Positions 1-8,831 are shown, counted from the stretch's first letter. The stretch: DNA of 25,419 nucleotides from Cytophagales bacterium (GCA_038209965.1 JBBQXF010000003.1:1-25419); one strand, 5' to 3'. The notes: generated from the sequence alone by a model not told the origin. Program-made: numbers and translations.

Positions 1-289
1 GGGGGAATTGCCTGCAATCACCAAAGGATTCATTGACAGGGTTTTCCTGTCAGGTTTTGCTTTTAGGTACCGGGAAAATTCTGTATGGTGGGACAAACTT
101 TTAAAAGGTAAAACAGCCCATATCATCACCACACACGACCAACCAAGTGTTTATTATTGGTTTGCCTTTGGCCGATCGAGTGTGAACCAACTCAAAAAAT
201 GCACCTTAGAATTTTGTGGAATAAAACCAGTGAAAGTAACCTACGTTGGCCCGATTAGAAATTCAACGAATTTTGAAAGGGGAAAATGA
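1..289 (+). CDS. C-terminal part of a flavodoxin-fold NAD(P)H dehydrogenase (quinone)-like protein (Flavodoxin_2/MdaB-KefF-like); 5' end lies outside the window
   Basis: The reading frame is open from base 2 to the stop at 289. The C-terminal motifs look like the NQO/Flavodoxin_2 fold: ...GKTAHIITTHDQP...YYWFAFGRSS..., then a surface-loop-like tail. The first Met is at 8, but the frame is open from the window edge. Confidence 0.5.
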   Translation, partial: GELPAITKGFIDRVFLSGFAFRYRENSVWWDKLLKGKTAHIITTHDQPSVYYWFAFGRSSVNQLKKCTLEFCGIKPVKVTYVGPIRNSTNFERGK

Positions 290-347
290 CTAGAAAAAAT
301 TGAAAATTATGGAAACAATAATGTGTAAAATAATTAACTAAAATAAT

Positions 348-944
348 ATGAAAATAACTTTTATTGTTCTCGCAACCTCAATAGCGCTAATAATCACTTC
401 TCAAATATATTTTACAATGGCAAGCACAGAAACACAACTGTATCGGGTTATTAAAACAGAAAAAGAGTTTGAAGTGCGTTTGTATCCTTCGGCCACGATG
501 GCATCCATTTCAATGGACGCAAAAAGCTACAAAGAATTATCTTCCGCCGGATTTAGAAAATTGGCCTCATTTATTTTTGGGGGGAACAATGCCAATAAAA
601 ATATTGCCATGACAACGCCGGTGCACATGGACATCAACGAGACTAAATCATCAATGAGTTTTGTGATGCCGGCTGACTACAACAAAGATAATTTACCGAA
701 ACCAGATGATTCGTCAGTAGTAATCAAAACCACTGCCGAGGAATACGTTGCCGCCATTCGGTTTGGTGGCTATGCCAATGATGAGGAGATCAAGACATAC
801 GCTGCCAAATTAGAAAGTGCCTTGAAAGCAAACGGAATTGAGTATTGCGGAAACTTCCGTTTTTTAGGTTACAACGCGCCATATCAATTTTGGGGAAGAA
901 AAAATGAAATTATTGTGAGTGTCATTTGGAAAGAAAACAAATAG
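348..944 (+). CDS. SOUL/HBP heme-binding family protein with N-terminal signal peptide
   Basis: 198 aa. The N-terminus is hydrophobic (MKITFIVLATSIALIITS). The core matches SOUL/HBP domain spacing: YRVIKTEKEFEVRLYPS...FRKLASFIFGGNNANKNIAMTTPVHMD...VAAIRFGGYAN. Confidence 0.7.
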   Translation: MKITFIVLATSIALIITSQIYFTMASTETQLYRVIKTEKEFEVRLYPSATMASISMDAKSYKELSSAGFRKLASFIFGGNNANKNIAMTTPVHMDINETKSSMSFVMPADYNKDNLPKPDDSSVVIKTTAEEYVAAIRFGGYANDEEIKTYAAKLESALKANGIEYCGNFRFLGYNAPYQFWGRKNEIIVSVIWKENK

Positions 945-998
945 CAAGTGGTAAAAGGATGAGAACTAATTAACTAGTGATATGTAAAAATCTATTTA

Positions 999-1361
999 AT
1001 GACTAAATTCATTTTTATAAAAGTGCCAATATTGTTACTCAAAGTACTGTTGACCGGTATTCTGATACTTGGTGCTCTATTGTGGGCACACTGCCCTGAT
1101 AAATTCAAGCCCTACATTGATCAGTCGGGAAATGAAATACTTGGTAGCATTTCAGAAAAAACATTCATTACTATCAACGGAGTAAAGCAAGGAATGTTTA
1201 TAAAAAGCAAAGATGAATCGCATCCTGTATTGCTTCTCCACCATAGTGGCATGTCCGAATACTTCCTTGGTAGAAGACAACCCACTTCACCCAAACATTA
1301 TTTGCCGTTACTTTGTGCGCTAGCATTGAAAGAAGAAAACGAAAAATTGACTTTGTTTTAA
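999..1361 (+). pseudogene. Truncated alpha/beta-hydrolase (proline-iminopeptidase-like) N-terminal fragment
   Basis: An N-terminal TM anchor is followed by ...KTFITINGVKQGMFIKSKDESHPVLLLHHSGMSEYFL..KHY. This is the start of an alpha/beta hydrolase fold, with HHSG in the position of the usual HGGPG. Homology stops after about 95 aa and the ORF ends at 120 aa. A full hydrolase is about 300 aa, so this is a 3'-truncated remnant. Confidence 0.5.
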
Positions 1362-1480
1362 CGACAAAACCTATTGCAGGTCGACTGACGATGACATCAG
1401 TCAAGATTGATAAAATGTAATACTGATCAATAGAAAAAAGCTAGGAAATTTTAATTGCGTCACTTTTAAATTTCAATAAA

Positions 1481-1846
1481 ATGAATTATAATAATTTTAA
1501 AAAATGTATAGACGCCTGCCTCGACTGCGCCGTAGGATGTAACCAATGCGGCTACGAATGTTTGCATTCCTCCGAAGTAACGCAACGCATACGATGCATC
1601 CAACTAGACCATGAGTGTGCAATTATCTGCTTTGCAGCAGCTAATATGTTAAGCTCGGGCAATAAATGGATCGGTGCGCTTTATCAGGAATGCGCCGAAA
1701 TTTGTGAAGCTTGCGCCGAAGAATGTGAGAAACACAGCCACGAGGAACATTGCAAAATATGTGCTGACAGGTGTAGGAAATGTGCTGGAGAATGTAGAAG
1801 TATGCTTGACATGGCAAGCTTGAAAAAACCAACATCAAAAATTTGA
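1481..1846 (+). CDS. Cysteine-rich four-helix-bundle copper-binding protein (Csp/DUF326-like), cytosolic type (no signal peptide)
   Basis: 121 aa with 18 Cys in repeated CxxxC / CxxC spacings (CIDACLDCAVGCNQCGYEC, ECAIICF, CAEICEACAEECEKH, CKICADRCRKCAGEC). This is typical of the Csp3/YhjQ family. There is no N-terminal hydrophobic segment. Confidence 0.65.
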   Translation: MNYNNFKKCIDACLDCAVGCNQCGYECLHSSEVTQRIRCIQLDHECAIICFAAANMLSSGNKWIGALYQECAEICEACAEECEKHSHEEHCKICADRCRKCAGECRSMLDMASLKKPTSKI

Positions 1847-1867
1847 AAAATTTCTGATGTTGGTTTT
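1826..1867 (+). terminator. Rho-independent terminator-like hairpin overlapping the stop codon of the Cys-rich gene
   Basis: Inverted repeat aaaccaacatcaaaaattt / aaatttctgatgttggttt (19 bp, 1 mismatch) around a gaa loop, followed by ttttc. Confidence 0.5.
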
Positions 1868-2014
1868 CTATAACTAAAGCAAAAAACAATCGTCGGTAAA
1901 GTAAATATGCTTCGTATTTCCTTACTGATAAAGCAGTTTGAAACTGTTTATAATTACTTCTTCAAATTACGCTAATCATCCGAATTCCCATTCACCAACA
2001 ATAGTTTTGTACTG

Positions 2015-3097
2015 ATGATACGAATACTCTTTTCAATATTCATTCTCGGACATGGACTGATACATTTCATGGGCTTTGCCAAAGCTTTTAACTATGGCAA
2101 CATTGTCCAAATTGCCAAAGAAATTTCAAAAGTATCAGGCACGCTTTGGCTAATGACTGCATTTTTGTTCATTACGAGTACTTTTTTATTCTTGTTAAAG
2201 AAAGACGCATGGTTAGCTTTTGGATTATTGGCAGTTATTATTTCACAAATACTAATTTTCACTGTCTGGCAAGATGCGAAATTTGGCACAATTGCTAATG
2301 TTATTATTCTTGGTGTTATTGTACTAAATTGGGGAAGCTATCAGTTTGAAAAAGGTTATCAAAAAGATGTAAAAGAAAATCTGCGGCGAACTAATATGTT
2401 GAAAACGGATTTAATTACTGAATCGGATTTAGTATCGTTACCAGAACCGGTACAACGTTACCTGCACTACACAGGAGTAGTTAACAAGCCCAAATTAAAA
2501 AATATACGCGTTATATTTGAAGGGCAAATGCGAGAAAAAGGAAAAGATTTTTTTTCCTTTACTTGCGAACAATATAATTTTTTTGATGAACCCACCCGGC
2601 TGTTCTTTATGAAAGGAAAGATAAAAGGCTTTACCGTCCCGGGTTATCACAAATATAGCAATGCAGTCGCTACCATGGATATAAGGCTCTTTGGATTATT
2701 CTCTGTTGCCGAGCTATCGGGTGATATTGCCAATAAAGTAGAAACCGTAACGCTATTTAATGACATGTGTTTGATAGCTCCTGCAACATTGATTGACAAA
2801 CGGATTACTTGGCAAGCTATTGACAACACTTCGGTAAAAGCCACCTTTACCAACCATGGTATTACCATTGCTGCAATTCTATTTTTCAATGAAAAAGGGC
2901 AATTGGTTGATTTCACATCCAAAGATAGAGATGTGAACCAATACCTGTTTTCTACACCAGTGAGCAATTATAAAAATATAAATGGTGTAAATATTATGAC
3001 TTATGGTGAAACTATTTGGTATTATCCTGATGGAAAATTTGTTTACGGAAAATTTGATTTAAAGCAGATTGATTACAACGTCTCGGAATTACAATAA
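2015..3097 (+). CDS. Hypothetical membrane protein: four N-terminal TM helices plus a ~240-aa soluble C-terminal domain of unknown function
   Basis: 360-aa ORF. Residues 1-110 are hydrophobic (ILFSIFILGHGLIHF, LWLMTAFLFITSTFLFLL, AFGLLAVIISQILIF, IANVIILGVIVL). The soluble remainder (LPEPVQRYLHYTGV...) is not a family I can place. A Bacteroidetes -7-like box, TAGTTTTG (2002-2009), sits just upstream of the ATG. Confidence 0.6.
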   Translation: MIRILFSIFILGHGLIHFMGFAKAFNYGNIVQIAKEISKVSGTLWLMTAFLFITSTFLFLLKKDAWLAFGLLAVIISQILIFTVWQDAKFGTIANVIILGVIVLNWGSYQFEKGYQKDVKENLRRTNMLKTDLITESDLVSLPEPVQRYLHYTGVVNKPKLKNIRVIFEGQMREKGKDFFSFTCEQYNFFDEPTRLFFMKGKIKGFTVPGYHKYSNAVATMDIRLFGLFSVAELSGDIANKVETVTLFNDMCLIAPATLIDKRITWQAIDNTSVKATFTNHGITIAAILFFNEKGQLVDFTSKDRDVNQYLFSTPVSNYKNINGVNIMTYGETIWYYPDGKFVYGKFDLKQIDYNVSELQ

Positions 3098-3125
3098 TTC
3101 GGTTCATGAGTTAAACAAAAAACGT

Positions 3126-4283
3126 ATGAAAAAAATATTGGTTTTAGTGTTTCTAACAACTATTGCTACAAACACATCTGCATTTCGCATAATATTCGGC
3201 AACAACATCATAATATCACAACCAGTATATGATGATTTATACATCACTGGTGGCACCATTATCATCAATGCTACAATATACGGAGATTTGATTTGCGCTG
3301 GCGGTACCATCATCATCAACGACACTGTAACAAATGATATTTTGGTAGTTGGCAGCAAAGTTATTTTCAATGGTTTTGTGGGCGATGATGTCCGTTGTGC
3401 TGGAGGAGAGTTGATCGTACAAAAAAGCATTACTGGCGACCTTGTGATAACTGGGGGAAAAATAAAGGTAAATAGAGATGTCATTATTGGTAATGGATTA
3501 TTGGTGAGTGGGGGTGAAATTACACTCAATGGAATTGTAAAAAACAGTATAAAAATTGCAATCGGGAATTTAGTATTTAATGGTGTTGCAGAAAAAGACA
3601 TTGATATGCGTGGTGGCAGATTAGAAATGAATGGAACAGTTAATGGATCTTCCGTAATTGCCGCAGCTGAAATTATTATTGGTAATACCGCCAATTTTAA
3701 CAATAATATCCGCTATTGGAACAAAAATAGTTCGCTTGATTTTAGAAATTCCATAAAGTCTGGCAATGCAGTTTACGATACCACTTTAAAAATGCAAGAT
3801 GGTCGATGGTATTATCTTGGCGCTTTGCTTTGGTATATAAGCATGGCTTTGCTTATGATTGCCATCATTCAATATCTTTTTAGTAATATTATGAAAAAAG
3901 CTGGCCATACGGTTTTGAATGCAACCTTAAAATCAATGGGGTTTGGTTTGCTGTTTTTTATTGCTGTACCGATTATGACCTTCATTGCTTTTATTACAGT
4001 AGTTGGTCTGCCCATTGGTTTATTTTTGTTGTTCAATTTTATTATTTTAGCTTTACTGGCTTCTATTATTAGCTCCGTGGTTATTTCCAATTGGATTGAC
4101 AATCGTTTTAATTACATGTGGACATATTGGAAATTAGTGTTTGCTGCTCTCGGAATTCTCATTGGTTTACAAATTGTTTCTTTCATTCCAATTTTGGGTT
4201 GGGTTGTTATGTTGCTGGTGCTATGTGTTTCTTTTGGCGCAATATTGTTGAACATAAGGTGCAGCAACCCCATTGTTACATAA
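3126..4283 (+). CDS. Signal-peptide-bearing protein with 8-9 tandem 17-residue beta-helix-type repeats (bactofilin/DUF4097-like) and a C-terminal 4-5 TM membrane anchor
   Basis: The start was chosen at MKKILVLVFLTTIATNTSA (signal peptide) rather than the upstream in-frame ATG at 3069, which overlaps the previous gene. The repeats YDDLYITGGTIIINATI / YGDLICAGGTIIINDTV / TNDILVVGSKVIFNGFV / GDDVRCAGGELIVQKSI / TGDLVITGGKIKVNRDV ... follow the consensus x-G-D-[LIV]-x-[IVC]-x-G-G-x-[IL]-x-[IV]-N-x-x-[VI]. The C-terminus is strongly hydrophobic with multiple TM helices. Confidence 0.65.
   Translation: MKKILVLVFLTTIATNTSAFRIIFGNNIIISQPVYDDLYITGGTIIINATIYGDLICAGGTIIINDTVTNDILVVGSKVIFNGFVGDDVRCAGGELIVQKSITGDLVITGGKIKVNRDVIIGNGLLVSGGEITLNGIVKNSIKIAIGNLVFNGVAEKDIDMRGGRLEMNGTVNGSSVIAAAEIIIGNTANFNNNIRYWNKNSSLDFRNSIKSGNAVYDTTLKMQDGRWYYLGALLWYISMALLMIAIIQYLFSNIMKKAGHTVLNATLKSMGFGLLFFIAVPIMTFIAFITVVGLPIGLFLLFNFIILALLASIISSVVISNWIDNRFNYMWTYWKLVFAALGILIGLQIVSFIPILGWVVMLLVLCVSFGAILLNIRCSNPIVT
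3228..3695 (+). repeat. Intragenic tandem repeat, 51 bp (17 codon) period, about 8-9 copies
   Basis: DNA-level similarity between copies, e.g. ggtggcaccattatcatcaatg vs ggcggtaccatcatcatcaacg. The periodicity also creates the long antisense ORF 3104..3703. Confidence 0.6.
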
Positions 4284-4809
4284 AATTAGCTGGATGATAC
4301 CCGACCAAAATGGTCAATTTTGCTCCGTAGCTGGTTCCGGTGCCCACGGCTGGGGACAAGCCCCCTTGCCATTAAAACAGCATCAACGGTCATGGTTGTC
4401 CACTTTATCCCGGATTGGCAAAGCCTTTGTTTGGCCAATGTTTTGCAAACTGCTCTGATCACGCTCGATGCTAATTTTACCTGTACTTAAGTTAATGCGC
4501 GGATTTTTTTGATAGCTTTTTGGTCGTCTATTTAAGTGCCTCTATATTAATTTTGTAGTCGTTTGTATCAAAACTGTTCAATGCCATGCAGGTCGCCTGC
4601 CTGCCAAGTTCATTTACCGCCAACCGCATTTGCGCCTCCATTGCTAGCATGCTTCTCGCCCGATCAAAGGTGATTTCCCACGTCAGTTGCCCATTGATCG
4701 TTTAAATAATTTTGCTTCCATTGTCCTATTGTTTTAGGTAAAGTTGTACCTTTCTTATATCTTTACATTGTAGCGGGGTGACACCCTATCAACTTTCAAC
4801 CGCAGCCTC

Positions 4810-6606
4810 ATGGTACAAAACACGTACAATAACGGTGTGATTGGCAATTGTGCTTACATTGCCCACATCAATGAAAATGGAAATGTAAACTGGCTCTGCT
4901 GGCCCCAATTCGACAGCAGCTTTGTGTTTGGCGGTCTGCTGGACGATGAAAAGGGGGGGGATTTCTCCATTAGGCCTTTTAAGGAGGCGTTTACCTCGCA
5001 CCAGCGTTACATTGAAAACACCAACATCCTCCGCACCGATATTGCCTCACCAACGGGCAGTTTCCGAATAACGGACTTTGCGCCAAGGTTTCCGCTGTAT
5101 GATCGCACGCACCGGCCGTTGATGTTGATAAGAAAAATAGAGCGCCTTTCGGGTAATCCCAAGCTGTTGGTAACCTGTAGGCCGGCATACGACTATGGTC
5201 AGGCCGACGTACAGTCTCACCATGGTAGTAACCACATTCGTTATTCGGGGCTGCCCGATGAACTTCGCCTAACATCGAATATTCCACTCAATTTTATAGA
5301 ACAGGGAATTCCGTTCCAACTTTTTGAGACCAAGTATTTGGTGCTCACCTACGGAGCGCCCTTGGAAGCACCTCTGGTGGAAACATGCGAAACATTTTTT
5401 CGTAAAACAAAAATGTATTGGCGCAACTGGATCAAAGCATCAAGCACACCGATACTTTATCAGGATGCCTGTATCCGTTCGGCCTTGATTCTCAAGATTC
5501 ATCAATACGAGCAAACCGGGGCCATTATTGCCGCTTCTACCACTAGCCTACCTGAATTTCCTGGTACTGGCCGCACTTGGGACTATCGCTTTTGCTGGAT
5601 GCGGGATGCCTATTATACCCTCACTGCGTTTTCAAATATTGGCCACTTTGAAGAACTCGAAGGATATTTCCAGTTTATGGCCAACATCAGTCATCCCACC
5701 GATGAAGCGCAAAGGCTGCAACCGCTCTATTCCATCAATGGTGAAAGCAAATTGGTGGAGATATCCCATGATCTGAAGGGCTATCTGGGAAATCAACCGG
5801 TGAGGACTGGTAATGATGCGTACACCCATATTCAAAACGATGTGTATGGGCAGGTCCTGGTTTCGCTTTTACCCTTGTATATTGACAAAAGGTTTATTGG
5901 CCCCGAACGCGCGTATTCGATTTTTAGCATTCAAAACCTGCTGAAAATGATCGAAATGACAATGCAGGAACCCGATGCCGGCCTTTGGGAGTTTCGGGAA
6001 CAACGACAGTTGCATGGCTACACTTATCTGTTTCACTGGGCTGGTGCATGTGCGGCAGGAAAAATGCTCCGACACCTGAGCGCTACAGGCGAATGGATTG
6101 AAATGGCCGATCGCCTGGCGAAAGAATCAGAGGCGATGCTGGAAAAATGCTATGATCCCGAGCAGGGAGTTTATACGCAGGCTATTGGATCCAAGCAGCT
6201 GGATGCCAGCATGTTGCAACTAATAACTATGGGCTACCTAGACCATGACAAAGAGCGTGCGCTAAAACACCTGCGGGTGATGGAAAAGGAACTTAAGCAA
6301 AGCGAAGCCACCTTCTACCGTTACAAGCACACCGATGATTTTGGCAAACCGGAGACTTCATTTGTCATCTGTTCGTTCTGGTTTGTGGAAGCACTTGCCC
6401 GGCTCGGCTTAGTAGAGGAAGCCCGAAAAAACTTTGAACACTTGCTCACTTTCCAGAACCACCTTGGGCTGCTGAGCGAACACGTCAATCCAAACGATGG
6501 CAGCCAGTGGGGAAATTTTCCACAAACTTACAGCCATGTGGGGCTTTTGAATGCTGCTTTTCAGATTTCCCGAACCTTGAATAAACCCAATTTCTTAAAT
6601 CTATGA
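4810..6606 (+). CDS. Glycoside hydrolase family 15 protein (glucoamylase/trehalase type; probably a trehalase given the context)
   Basis: 598 aa. The N-terminal GH15 signature is NGVIGNCAYIAHINENGNVNWLCWPQFDSSFVFGGLLD, and there is an (alpha/alpha)6 barrel-type C-terminal half (WDYRFCWMRDA, GLWEFRE). It sits immediately upstream of, and overlaps, otsA-otsB. Confidence 0.85.
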   Translation: MVQNTYNNGVIGNCAYIAHINENGNVNWLCWPQFDSSFVFGGLLDDEKGGDFSIRPFKEAFTSHQRYIENTNILRTDIASPTGSFRITDFAPRFPLYDRTHRPLMLIRKIERLSGNPKLLVTCRPAYDYGQADVQSHHGSNHIRYSGLPDELRLTSNIPLNFIEQGIPFQLFETKYLVLTYGAPLEAPLVETCETFFRKTKMYWRNWIKASSTPILYQDACIRSALILKIHQYEQTGAIIAASTTSLPEFPGTGRTWDYRFCWMRDAYYTLTAFSNIGHFEELEGYFQFMANISHPTDEAQRLQPLYSINGESKLVEISHDLKGYLGNQPVRTGNDAYTHIQNDVYGQVLVSLLPLYIDKRFIGPERAYSIFSIQNLLKMIEMTMQEPDAGLWEFREQRQLHGYTYLFHWAGACAAGKMLRHLSATGEWIEMADRLAKESEAMLEKCYDPEQGVYTQAIGSKQLDASMLQLITMGYLDHDKERALKHLRVMEKELKQSEATFYRYKHTDDFGKPETSFVICSFWFVEALARLGLVEEARKNFEHLLTFQNHLGLLSEHVNPNDGSQWGNFPQTYSHVGLLNAAFQISRTLNKPNFLNL

Positions 6607-8831
6607 GTGAAGGAAAACTGATCATCGTCTCGAACAGGTTACCTGTAAAACTTGAAGCAACGAACGGTAAAATAAAAATAAGTCAAACCTCCGGCGGTCT
6701 TGTCACGGCCATACAGAGCTATATTGAGTTTAAAGGGACTGAGGAAAGTGGGAAGGCTATTTGGGTCGGCTTTCCCGACTGCAATGAAAATCTCTGGGAA
6801 AGGGGCTTTAGGCAACTGGCTAAAAGTAATTTTGAATACGTACCGGTTTTTTTGCCCGAAGATAAGTACAGCGGATATTACAATGGATTTTCCAACTCCA
6901 CCATCTGGCCTTTATTTCACTATTTCCCCTCGTTTACCGAGTATAATCCCACTGATTTTGAGCATTACAAAGAGGCCAACAAATTATTTTGTGAAATTTT
7001 GCAAAGTATTGTAAAACCGGGAGATACTATTTGGATTCACGATTACCATTTGATGTTACTCCCCTGTATGCTTCGGGAAGTAGTTGGCAAAGAGATCGCG
7101 ATTGGCTTCTTTTTGCACATTCCTTTTCCATCATTTGAGGTCTATCGTCTCTTACCCTCAACGTGGCGTGAAACACTGTTGAAGGGGTTGATGGCTTCGG
7201 ATCTGATTGGCTTTCACACCAAAGATTATGCAACCTATTTCTCCAATTCGGTTCGAAGAATACTAGGGCTTTCGGTTGACAATACTATCATTAAAAAAGA
7301 AAATCAGATTACAAAGGCGGATTATTATCCCATTAGCATAGACTTTAATAAGTTTAATAAAGGATTTTCAAAAAAGGGCGTAGTAAGCCTGCGACGGGAA
7401 ATGAAGATAGGTTTTGGCGACCGGAAAATCATTTTCTCTGTCGACCGGCTGGACTACACCAAGGGCATTTCAAACCGGCTCCAGGCATTCCGCTTATTTC
7501 TTGAGCAAAACCCGGACTATCGTGAAAAGGTAGTTTTTATTCTCAACATTGTGCCTTCAAGAGATGTCATTTTCAAGTATTCAGAGCGGAAGAAAATGAT
7601 TGATGAGTATGTGGGCACATTGAACAGCGACTTTGGAAACATCAAGTGGCAACCAATTATCTACCAATATCGCAGCCTGGATTTCAATAATCTGCTTGCT
7701 TTTTATACCGTGTGCGACTTGGCGCTCATCACTCCCGTAAGAGATGGAATGAATCTGGTGGCAAAAGAATTTGTGGCAAGCAGGTATGATGAAAGTGGCG
7801 TATTGGTATTGAGCGAAATGGCTGGCTCAGCAATAGAACTGAATGAGGCCCTGCTCATCAATCCGATGGATGTGGAATACTCGGCCAGCCAGATCAAAGC
7901 CGGGCTGGAAATGCCGGCAGCCGAACAAAAAGAGCGGATGCAAGCCATGCGTGACAAAATCAGAGAGTACGATGTAGTAAAATGGGCCTCCGATTTTCTT
8001 GGTGATCTGTTTTTGGTGAAGAAAAAGCAAGAGGCTTTCCAGACCAAAAATATGACCCCGGCTTTAAAATCTACCCTGATGAAAGATTTTGAATTGAGCC
8101 AATCGCGACTTATTTTGCTCGATTATGACGGCACATTGGTCCCTTATTTCAAAGATCCACTTAGCGCTACACCAGGGCCTGAACTGATACAAATTCTGGG
8201 CGATCTTTCTTCTACCCCAAAAAATCATCTCTTTATCATAAGCGGAAGAAAAAGCGGACAACTCGACAGTTGGTTGGGTGCATTGCCGATTAGCATGGTG
8301 GCTGAACACGGGGCAAAAATAAAAATGGCTGATGCCAAAACTTGGACCTCCCAACCTGTGCTGGATGAAGGTGTCCGCCTGACAGCTTGGAAAATCATGG
8401 AAAAAACGACGTCCCGTTGTCCAGCTTCGACTATTGAAGAAAAGGAATACTCTCTGGTGTGGCATTACCGGAGTTCATCGCCCGAATTGGGTCGCATTCG
8501 GGCGTCGGAGTTGATGATTGATCTCAATGAAATGTTTGTAAACTCTCCTTACCGGGCATTTCCGGGTAGTAAAATCATAGAGTTCAAAAGTATCGATATA
8601 CACAAGGGCAAGATTGTAAAAGACCTGATTTCACAAAATCAATATGATTTTATTCTTTGCATTGGCGATGACAAAACAGACGAAGATATGTTCATTTCTC
8701 TAGCCGAAACAAAGGCTTGGACCATAAAAGTGGGGAACGATTTTTCATTTTCTAGGTACAACATTCCAGTTTCAAATGATGTGATCAGCCTGCTGGATGC
8801 CCTTTCAGGTACGATGAAGCAGACTTCTTAA
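6603..8831 (+). CDS. otsA: Bifunctional trehalose-6-phosphate synthase (GT20, OtsA) / trehalose-6-phosphate phosphatase (HAD, OtsB) fusion
   Basis: 742 aa. The N-terminal OtsA start is KLIIVSNRLPV, with a GT20 body. The C-terminal about 250 aa carries the trehalose-phosphatase HAD motif LILLDYDGTLVP and GDDKTDEDMF. The start ATG overlaps the GH15 stop (ATGA, 6603-6606). Confidence 0.9.
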   Translation: MSEGKLIIVSNRLPVKLEATNGKIKISQTSGGLVTAIQSYIEFKGTEESGKAIWVGFPDCNENLWERGFRQLAKSNFEYVPVFLPEDKYSGYYNGFSNSTIWPLFHYFPSFTEYNPTDFEHYKEANKLFCEILQSIVKPGDTIWIHDYHLMLLPCMLREVVGKEIAIGFFLHIPFPSFEVYRLLPSTWRETLLKGLMASDLIGFHTKDYATYFSNSVRRILGLSVDNTIIKKENQITKADYYPISIDFNKFNKGFSKKGVVSLRREMKIGFGDRKIIFSVDRLDYTKGISNRLQAFRLFLEQNPDYREKVVFILNIVPSRDVIFKYSERKKMIDEYVGTLNSDFGNIKWQPIIYQYRSLDFNNLLAFYTVCDLALITPVRDGMNLVAKEFVASRYDESGVLVLSEMAGSAIELNEALLINPMDVEYSASQIKAGLEMPAAEQKERMQAMRDKIREYDVVKWASDFLGDLFLVKKKQEAFQTKNMTPALKSTLMKDFELSQSRLILLDYDGTLVPYFKDPLSATPGPELIQILGDLSSTPKNHLFIISGRKSGQLDSWLGALPISMVAEHGAKIKMADAKTWTSQPVLDEGVRLTAWKIMEKTTSRCPASTIEEKEYSLVWHYRSSSPELGRIRASELMIDLNEMFVNSPYRAFPGSKIIEFKSIDIHKGKIVKDLISQNQYDFILCIGDDKTDEDMFISLAETKAWTIKVGNDFSFSRYNIPVSNDVISLLDALSGTMKQTS

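Noticed and set aside
3104-3703. 199-aa minus-strand ORF antisense to the repeat protein
   Set aside because: It is low-complexity (P/I/T-rich) and generated by the 51-bp coding periodicity on the opposite strand. It has no independent signals.
4273-4458. 61-aa plus-strand ORF in the leader of the trehalose operon
   Set aside because: No motifs. It overlaps the end of the upstream gene, and the minus-strand frame is longer but has no start codon.
6700-7233. Alternative-frame (+) and antisense (-) ORFs within otsA
   Set aside because: They are internal to a clearly identified GT20 domain.
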